A DNA stretch of 24,060 bases from a virus (lineage: Duplodnaviria; Caudoviricetes): IMG/VR virus record IMGVR_UViG_3300042882_000213, positions 1 through 24,060 of that record; one strand, given 5' to 3'. This document shows, piece by piece, positions 17,550 through 24,060 of the stretch. Within the stretch, counting starts at the first letter, position 1. Every line of letters starts with the position of its first letter. The notes beneath the pieces are model-generated. The model searched no databases and was not told where the DNA came from. It worked only from the letters and a program-made list of their open reading frames with translations. The position numbers and the translations under genes were made by a program.

Positions 17550-18398
17550 ATGAATATTTGTTACTTGGATTTTTGGCCCGGATTTGATCCAAATTCGAAT
17601 TGGTTCAATTTCGTATTTAAAGATTGCTTTAATAAAGAATTCAATTTCAATGCTACTCCAGAAGAAGCAGATATTATTTTTGCTTCTTCTTTTGGAAATG
17701 AAAGACATAAAACAATCGATTCAAAAGCAATCAAAATATTTTATACGGGAGAGAATGAAAGACCCGATTTAATTTTTGGAGACTACACGCTTTCATTTGA
17801 TTTCGATACTTATGGGGGCAGAAACTTTAGATTGCCTCATTGGTATCTGTACGTGAATTGGTGGAATGAACCAAATTTTCCTCATGCAAGAATATCATTA
17901 GAGCAATTGAATCATAAATGGGAACCAGAAGAGGTTTGGAATAGAGATAAATTTTGTTCGATTATTATTGGAAATCCTGTTCAAAATAGAATTGAATTTG
18001 CACAAAAACTGAATGAATTTAAGCATATCCATACTTATGGAAGAGCATTTGGTAAACCATATAATGGATGTAAAGTAAAATTGTTGGAAGAATATAAATG
18101 GAATATTTGTTTCGAAAATTCCATTACTGATGGATACACAACTGAAAAATTATTTGAAGCAAAAATTGCTGGATGTATTCCAATTTATTATGGTCCTGTA
18201 AGCACAGAAATGGATTTTAATGGACAATGTTATATTAATTGTGCCGATTACGATTCTTTTGAAACCATAGTGGATATGATTTCTAAATATGAAACTAATA
18301 AGGATTCTTTTATGAGGTTAGCTTCGAAACCATTATTTAATAGAATTCCAGATTTGAATGGACTATATAATTTTTTAAAATATATTATTGGTAAGTGA
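17550..18398 (+). CDS. GT10 alpha-1,3/4-fucosyltransferase-like protein
   Basis: DFW..F N-terminus, KIFYTGENERP, and alpha-1,3-FucT motif YKWNICFENS..DGY.TEKL..A..AGCIPIYYG. Confidence 0.9.
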   Translation: MNICYLDFWPGFDPNSNWFNFVFKDCFNKEFNFNATPEEADIIFASSFGNERHKTIDSKAIKIFYTGENERPDLIFGDYTLSFDFDTYGGRNFRLPHWYLYVNWWNEPNFPHARISLEQLNHKWEPEEVWNRDKFCSIIIGNPVQNRIEFAQKLNEFKHIHTYGRAFGKPYNGCKVKLLEEYKWNICFENSITDGYTTEKLFEAKIAGCIPIYYGPVSTEMDFNGQCYINCADYDSFETIVDMISKYETNKDSFMRLASKPLFNRIPDLNGLYNFLKYIIGK

Positions 18399-18399
18399 A

Positions 18400-19320
18400 A
18401 TGTATATATCGGATAACTTTTTTGAATTGAATGATACCATTTCTACGTGGGTACAGGAAAATAAACCATTTTCTTTGGTTAGAATAGATAATACGGCAGG
18501 ATATGTTCTTGATTGTATTAGTAAGGGAACACTTCCTGTAAAACAATTCTTTAACGAAAATACTTTAATTGAAGCTGGGATCAATCCACGATCAATGGAT
18601 TACGTTTATTCCTATGTATATCCAGAAACAATTAAAGCAATGAAGAATTCTGATATATTGGGATTTGTTGATATTTCTGGAGATATCTCTAGAAATGCGG
18701 AATTTCTATCTCAATTTCCGAATAAGCCTATATTCTATTCTGGACATACCTATCATGTTTTAGATCCCGGATTATTGGTTGGAGAGGCTGAAGTTGGATA
18801 TGTGGAAAATCCGTGGACACAATATCTAAAAGGAAAAAAAGTATTAGTAATTTCTTCACACTATGAATCTATAATGAGTCAGTGGGAAAAAATGGATTTA
18901 GTTTGGGGACAAAAAAAGGATAAAATAGTTCCTTTTGATTTGGTAGGATGTATTCGTTCTCCATATCATCCAATTTTAGATGACCGACAATATCCCGGTT
19001 GTAATACTTTTGAGAAGTTGTTGGATTATACTAAAAAAGAAATTGATAAGTATGATTATGATGTCTTATTGACTTCCGTCTCTCATCAATCTCCCTTTTA
19101 TGCCGATTATGCAAAACAGCAAGGAAAAATCGGAATCCAAACTGGAGGAATACTACAACTATATTTTGGTATTAAGGGAAATCGTTGGACTCAAAATATT
19201 GGATATGCGAAATGGCAAGAAATGTTTAATGAACATTGGATATATCCATTAGAAGTTGATGCTCCGCAAAGAAGAAAAGAATTCTCTTTCTTAGAAACTA
19301 CATTTGCATATTGGGGATAA
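18400..19320 (+). CDS. Conserved polysaccharide-locus protein, possible glycosyltransferase (GT-D-like)
   Basis: PFSLVRI, PWT..LKGKKVLVIS, DYDV.L, GK..IQTGG.LQL.FGI.G.RW and terminal YW recall proteins of bacterial surface-glycan loci. Function is inference. Confidence 0.55.
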   Translation: MYISDNFFELNDTISTWVQENKPFSLVRIDNTAGYVLDCISKGTLPVKQFFNENTLIEAGINPRSMDYVYSYVYPETIKAMKNSDILGFVDISGDISRNAEFLSQFPNKPIFYSGHTYHVLDPGLLVGEAEVGYVENPWTQYLKGKKVLVISSHYESIMSQWEKMDLVWGQKKDKIVPFDLVGCIRSPYHPILDDRQYPGCNTFEKLLDYTKKEIDKYDYDVLLTSVSHQSPFYADYAKQQGKIGIQTGGILQLYFGIKGNRWTQNIGYAKWQEMFNEHWIYPLEVDAPQRRKEFSFLETTFAYWG

Positions 19321-19322
19321 TT

Positions 19323-20645
19323 ATGGAACATTTGGAATCGATTTTATCACAAGTTGAAGCGTTTATTAAAAATAAAAACGCAAGTAAGAATTGGGTGGCT
19401 GGTGAAGATTATGTTAATTATGCTGGACCATATTTTGATCATAGTGAATATGTAGCGGCGGTAAAAACTCTATTAGCTGGATGGCTGGTAATGGGAGAAG
19501 ATTCTTTAAAATTTGAAAGAAAATTTCCTAAACTATTTGGGAAGACGCATGGCATTCTTACTAATAGTGGTTCCAGTTCAAATTTATTAATGATGAATGC
19601 AGTAGCTTCAAAAAGATATTATGGGTTTCCAAAAGGGACTAAAGTATTGATGCCCATTGCTGGATTTCCAACAACACTAAATCCAACATTACAAATGGGA
19701 TATGAACCAATATTCCTTGATATCGAATTAGATACGTTAAATCTTGATCTAACTAAGGCAGAAGAATTAATCAAAAAACATGATGTAAAAATAATTACAT
19801 TCGCACATGTACTAGGCAATCCTCCCAATATGAATCAAGTAATGGATTTGGTTAATAGATATAATCTAGTTCTTCTTGAAGATTGTTGTGATGCTCTTGG
19901 TTCAACTTATAATGGAGAACCTTTGGGAAGTTTTGGAGAGATGGCTTCGTGTAGTTTCTATCCTGCACACCATATTACAATGGGAGAAGGTGGATTTGTT
20001 GCTTCTAAGACGGCAGAAGCAGAGGTCGTTTTACGGAGTCTTAGAGAATGGGGACGAGGCTGTTATTGTGTTGGACCAAAAGCTAATACATTAAAATGTG
20101 GAACTTGTAAATCAAGATTTAAAAATTGGATTCCTGCTCTCCCAGAAGAAACATTCGATCATAAGTATGTCTATGATGAAATTGGATATAATTTAAAGCC
20201 AATTGAACTCCAAGCATCTATGGGATTACATCAGTTGGAAAAACTTGATGAAATTACTTCTCTTAGAAAAAGGAATTATAGTCTTCTATTCGATATATAT
20301 AAGAAATATGAAGAATATTTCCATCTTCCGAGAGCAACAGAAGGATCAGATCCAAGTTGGTTTGCATTTCCTTTAACAATTAGAAAGAATGCTCCCTTCA
20401 AAAGATTTGATTACGTTAACTTTTTGGAAGATAAAAAAATTCAAACTAGACCATATTTTGCTGGGAATATTATGCTACAGCCAGCATATTCTCATATGAT
20501 GGATTTGGAAACTGCCAGAAACGATTATCCCAATGCAACATTTTCTACAACAAATACATTATTTCATGGTACTAGTCCTGTTATAACTCCGCAGCAGATT
20601 GGATATATTGGAATTTGTGTTGATGAATTCATGAGTAAAGTATGA
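19323..20645 (+). CDS. rfbH: NDP-4-keto-6-deoxyglucose 3-dehydrase (RfbH/DdhC, E1 type; DegT/DnrJ fold)
   Basis: TNSGSSSNL, GFPTT.NP, AH.LGNP, EDCCDALG, SFYPAHHITMGEGG (His in place of the Schiff-base Lys), WGR.CYC...C, DHKY, GYNLKP. Confidence 0.92.
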   Translation: MEHLESILSQVEAFIKNKNASKNWVAGEDYVNYAGPYFDHSEYVAAVKTLLAGWLVMGEDSLKFERKFPKLFGKTHGILTNSGSSSNLLMMNAVASKRYYGFPKGTKVLMPIAGFPTTLNPTLQMGYEPIFLDIELDTLNLDLTKAEELIKKHDVKIITFAHVLGNPPNMNQVMDLVNRYNLVLLEDCCDALGSTYNGEPLGSFGEMASCSFYPAHHITMGEGGFVASKTAEAEVVLRSLREWGRGCYCVGPKANTLKCGTCKSRFKNWIPALPEETFDHKYVYDEIGYNLKPIELQASMGLHQLEKLDEITSLRKRNYSLLFDIYKKYEEYFHLPRATEGSDPSWFAFPLTIRKNAPFKRFDYVNFLEDKKIQTRPYFAGNIMLQPAYSHMMDLETARNDYPNATFSTTNTLFHGTSPVITPQQIGYIGICVDEFMSKV

Positions 20646-21268
20646 ACGCAAAAGAACTAATTAAATTTGAAAAGGAAATCGCAGATAGATTTAATAATAA
20701 AGAAATAAGATCGCCTGTACATCTATATCATGGGAACGAAAAGCAAATGCTTAAAGTGTTTCAAAAGGTAGATATAGAAAATGATTGGGTATGTTGTACT
20801 TGGAGAAATCATTACCAATGTCTACTAAAAGGAGTTCCAAAAGACGAATTGGTGGATAAGATTATTTCTGGTAAGAGTATGGTAATGAATCTAGCCAAAT
20901 ATAGAATTGTTTCATCTTCTATTGTTGGAGGAATTCCGTCTATTGCTGTTGGTATAGCCGAATCTATTAAGCGTAAAAAAGAGCATAATAGAGTTTGGTG
21001 TTGGGTTGGTGATATGAGCGCAGAAACTGGTGCTTTTCATGAGGCATATAAGTATTCTGTAAATCATGAATTACCAATAACATTTATTGTAGAAAACAAT
21101 AGACTTAGTGTAACAACACCAACAGAAAAGATTTGGGGAAGAACGGTTCCTTGGTATCTTCCAAAGAATTATTCAAAAAAATGGTATGAATCATCAAATT
21201 TGATTTATTATGAGTATAGTAATAATGTATATCCACATGCTGGTGCTGGAATTAGGGTTCAATTCTAA
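20642..21268 (+). CDS. ThDP-dependent enzyme, E1-alpha-like (PP domain), short form
   Basis: PVHL..GNE, TWRNHY, SSIVGG, ThDP motif variant GDMS...ENN; 208 aa; ATGA-coupled to rfbH. Confidence 0.85.
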   Translation: MNAKELIKFEKEIADRFNNKEIRSPVHLYHGNEKQMLKVFQKVDIENDWVCCTWRNHYQCLLKGVPKDELVDKIISGKSMVMNLAKYRIVSSSIVGGIPSIAVGIAESIKRKKEHNRVWCWVGDMSAETGAFHEAYKYSVNHELPITFIVENNRLSVTTPTEKIWGRTVPWYLPKNYSKKWYESSNLIYYEYSNNVYPHAGAGIRVQF

Positions 21269-21810
21269 TGAATGATCAATTAATATATAAAAATGAGCTA
21301 TCGTCTGCAATGGCATGGCTTGCAGAACAACAAGATACTATCTTTATCGGACAAGCAATTGAATATGAAGGAACGGGATTATATGATACCATGAGTCTTG
21401 TTCCAGCCGAAAAGAAAATGGAATTCCCTATCGCAGAAAATTTTCAAGTGGGATTTTCTGTTGGAATGGCTTTAAATGGTTATGTTCCAGTTTCTATTTT
21501 CCCTAGATGGAATTTTCTGATATGTGCAACGGATCAATTGGTGAATCATTTGGATAAAATGGTTTTAATGTCTGATATGGAATATATTCCAAAAGTTATT
21601 ATCAGAGTAGCTGTTGGTTCAGAAATTCCTATCAATCCCCAAGATCAACATAAAGGAAATTTTTCGGATTCTTTTAGAAAGATGTTAAAGAATACTGATA
21701 TATTAGAACTAGATTCTCCTGATAAAATTCTTCCATCGTATAAATTAGCTTATACTAGAACTGATAGAAAGAATACTATATTAGTAGAATTTTCCGATTA
21801 TGGGAAATAA
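21268..21810 (+). CDS. ThDP-dependent enzyme, E1-beta/transketolase pyrimidine-binding domain, short form
   Basis: FIGQ, EFPIAEN.Q.G...GMAL.G..PV (catalytic Glu), DQLVNH, IIR..VG, QH; 180 aa, no C-terminal domain. Confidence 0.85.
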   Translation: MNDQLIYKNELSSAMAWLAEQQDTIFIGQAIEYEGTGLYDTMSLVPAEKKMEFPIAENFQVGFSVGMALNGYVPVSIFPRWNFLICATDQLVNHLDKMVLMSDMEYIPKVIIRVAVGSEIPINPQDQHKGNFSDSFRKMLKNTDILELDSPDKILPSYKLAYTRTDRKNTILVEFSDYGK

Positions 21811-22585
21811 AATTTTAGTTTTGGGATCATCTGGGTTTATTGGTAATTACTTATCCAAAAACCTAGATGCTGTTCCAGTATCAAGAAAAGATGTTAATTT
21901 GGAAGACTTTGATGAAGTAAGAGCTTTATTTAAAATTCACAAACCCGATGTAATTATAAACTGTGCATCAAACACAAATGTCAAAATGGAATTTGATGCA
22001 CAGGTCTATAATCAAAATTTAACTTTGTTTAATAATCTATATTTGTTGAGAAATGAATTTGGAAAGTTAATAAATTTTGGTTCTGGTGCTGAATATGATA
22101 GAAGATATCCTATCAATAATCTGAAAGAAGAAAGTATTTTTGCCTGTTCTCCTTTTGATCATTATGGAATGAGCAAGAATATTATTTCCCGTATAATGTT
22201 CCCAATAGAAAACTTTTATAATTTACGACTTTTTGGTTGTTTCCATGATTCGGAAAATGAAACAAGATTGTTTAAAAGGATTATTTCTAAGCAACCTATA
22301 AAATTGGATAACAAATATTTCGACTATATATCTTTGGATGATGTTTTGGCGGTAGTTGAACATTACATACATAAAGAAGTATTTTATAAAGATTTAAATT
22401 TGGTATATTCTACTAAATTGTTATTAAGCGAAATTGTAAACGAATTCTTAAAGATTCATAAATTAGAAAATAAAGTTATTATAAAAAATCTAGGTCTTAA
22501 TTATACCGGGAATGGTGCTAGATTAGCTACTCTTGGTTTGAAATTGAAGGGATTAGAACAAAGTATTATAGATTATAAAATATAA
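21800..22585 (+). CDS. NAD(P)-dependent epimerase/reductase (extended SDR)
   Basis: GSSGFIG, PDVIINCA, FGSGAEY, YGMSK (YxxxK), LRLFG. Confidence 0.9.
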   Translation: MGNKILVLGSSGFIGNYLSKNLDAVPVSRKDVNLEDFDEVRALFKIHKPDVIINCASNTNVKMEFDAQVYNQNLTLFNNLYLLRNEFGKLINFGSGAEYDRRYPINNLKEESIFACSPFDHYGMSKNIISRIMFPIENFYNLRLFGCFHDSENETRLFKRIISKQPIKLDNKYFDYISLDDVLAVVEHYIHKEVFYKDLNLVYSTKLLLSEIVNEFLKIHKLENKVIIKNLGLNYTGNGARLATLGLKLKGLEQSIIDYKI

Positions 22586-22597
22586 TGGAGAAGTTTG

Positions 22598-23551
22598 GTG
22601 TCTAAAAAAATTGTTTATGTGACGGGATGTTTGGGTTTTATAGGATCTCATGTAACAAAAGAGTGTTTGGATAAGGGATGGTATGTTATCGGAGTTGATA
22701 AGATAACATATGCGGCAAATAGGAATTTGATAAAGACATTTTCCGAATACGATAAATTTAAATTCATTGAATCTGATATTAATGATTTAGATTACCTTTA
22801 TGATTGTGATTATGTTATTAATACTGCGGCAGAAACTCATGTTGATAATTCTATAATAAGTTCTAACGAATTTTTAAATTCTAATATAAATGGCGTTCAC
22901 CATTTATTGGAGTTAATTAAACAAAAGCATAAATTTAAAATGCCAGTATTTTTGCATTTTAGCACAGATGAAGTTTATGGTGATATTACGGAAGGAGCGC
23001 ATAAAGAAACAGATTTATTAAAACCTTCCAATCCATATTCCGCATCAAAAGCATCTTCTGATATGTTGATTTTGGCGTGGGCTAGAACGTTCAATGTTCC
23101 TTATATAATTGTTAGACCTACTAATAATTATGGAGTGGGACAATATGTAGAAAAGTTAATTCCCAAGGCATGTAAAAATCTGACATTAGGAAGAAAAATT
23201 CCTTTACATGAGAAAGGCGAACCGAAAAGAACATGGTTGTGTGTTAAAGATACATCGTCTGCGGTTATGAAAATAATTGAGACTGGTGTTATTAATGATA
23301 TATATAATATAGCAGGAAATTATGAAGAAAAGAATATTAATGTTATCAAGTTAATTATTGATAATTTCTTTGACGAAAAAGTACGTGACTATTCTGACTT
23401 TATAGATTATAATTATACAAGAATGGGACAAGATGTTCGGTACTCAATTGATGATTCGAAATTGAGATCTCTCGGATGGAAACCCGAAACTAAGTTTGAT
23501 CAAGAAATCAAACATGTTGTAGATTATTACAAAAACAATTTTATTTGGTGA
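22598..23551 (+). CDS. rmlB: dTDP-glucose 4,6-dehydratase (RmlB-like)
   Basis: VTGCLGFIGS, DKITYA, AAETHVD.SI, STDEVYG, PYSASKAS, NNYG..Q..EKLIP, D.RY.ID..K. GTG 22598 lies 7 nt after SD GGAG. Confidence 0.92.
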   Translation: MSKKIVYVTGCLGFIGSHVTKECLDKGWYVIGVDKITYAANRNLIKTFSEYDKFKFIESDINDLDYLYDCDYVINTAAETHVDNSIISSNEFLNSNINGVHHLLELIKQKHKFKMPVFLHFSTDEVYGDITEGAHKETDLLKPSNPYSASKASSDMLILAWARTFNVPYIIVRPTNNYGVGQYVEKLIPKACKNLTLGRKIPLHEKGEPKRTWLCVKDTSSAVMKIIETGVINDIYNIAGNYEEKNINVIKLIIDNFFDEKVRDYSDFIDYNYTRMGQDVRYSIDDSKLRSLGWKPETKFDQEIKHVVDYYKNNFIW

Positions 23552-23566
23552 TATGGAGAATTTGAT

Positions 23567-24060
23567 ATGAGTAAAGTGGCTTTAATTTTCGGAGTTACTG
23601 GTCAAGATGGTAGTTATCTATCAGAAATCCTTCTAGAAAAGGGATACAAAGTTCATGGTGTTAAGCGTAGAAGTTCTTCGTTTAATACTGATCGTTTAAA
23701 TCATTTATATAATCATAAAGATTTCAAACTTCATTATGGTGATGTTACAGATTCACTAAATGTTACAGGATTGATTCAATCTATTAAACCCGATGAGATT
23801 TATAATCTCGCGGCACAATCACATGTTAAAGTTTCTTTCGAAATTCCAGAATATACTGGTAATGTTGACGCACTAGGAACTCTTAGAATTCTTGAATCGA
23901 TTCGACTGCTTGGAATGGAAGAAACTGTAAAATTTTATCAAGCATCAACGTCAGAATTATATGGTTTAGTTCAAGAGATTCCTCAATCAGAAACCACTCC
24001 ATTTTATCCTAGAAGTCCATACGGTGTTGCTAAACTTTATGGCTTTTGGATTCTTAAAAA
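23567..24060 (+). CDS. gmd: GDP-mannose 4,6-dehydratase, 3'-truncated by window edge (absent from ORF track)
   Basis: Translated by hand: [84 protein letters not shown] at 23555-23558. Confidence 0.97.
   Translation, partial: MSKVALIFGVTGQDGSYLSEILLEKGYKVHGVKRRSSSFNTDRLNHLYNHKDFKLHYGDVTDSLNVTGLIQSIKPDEIYNLAAQSHVKVSFEIPEYTGNVDALGTLRILESIRLLGMEETVKFYQASTSELYGLVQEIPQSETTPFYPRSPYGVAKLYGFWILK

Noticed and set aside
112-20094. Short minus-strand and alternative-frame ORFs in the ORF track (e.g. 4154-4576, 4588-4896, 8446-8760, 3371-3664)
   Set aside because: All lie within or across well-supported plus-strand genes and show no recognisable motifs; they are shadow ORFs.
19323-20645. Sugar aminotransferase (DegT/perosamine synthase) or ColD
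   Set aside because: The Schiff-base Lys is replaced by His (SFYPAHH), and the Cys-rich WGR.CYC segment of Fe-S-containing E1 is present, which ColD lacks.
20642-21810. Pyruvate dehydrogenase or transketolase as a central-metabolism auxiliary gene
   Set aside because: Chains are too short, no E2/E3 nearby, and the pair is translationally coupled between sugar-nucleotide enzymes.
1-24060. tRNA genes, CRISPR arrays or stop-codon recoding
   Set aside because: No intergenic space or cloverleaf/repeat pattern seen (largest gap is the 166-nt hsp20 leader). Genes are full length in the standard code, and TAA, TGA and TAG all end genes.

Overview
AT-rich, gene-dense, all plus-strand segment of a T4-like myophage genome, probably an environmental phage of Proteobacteria (host is inference). 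Positions 1-15036 are the core replication/recombination module: gp46 (5'-truncated), DNA ligase, gp45, DsbA-like, gp44, gp62, RegA, gp43, UvsX, a gp40-position gene and gp41. Peptide deformylase, a GT-A-like protein, Hsp20 and dCMP deaminase are interspersed. From about 15036 to the end lies an accessory island: a 2OG-Fe(II) oxygenase, a second Zn deaminase, four (putative) glycosyltransferases including a GT10 fucosyltransferase, and a nucleotide-sugar pathway (RfbH/E1-type 3-dehydrase, a minimal two-subunit ThDP enzyme, an SDR, RmlB, and Gmd, which runs off the end). The most notable items are a candidate phage pathway for a C-branched 3,6-dideoxysugar, a five-hairpin ROSE-like thermometer leader on hsp20 behind a T4 late promoter, and a near-consensus sigma70 promoter that probably makes a leaderless mRNA at the head of the glycan island. 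All calls come from motif recognition by eye; no searches were run.
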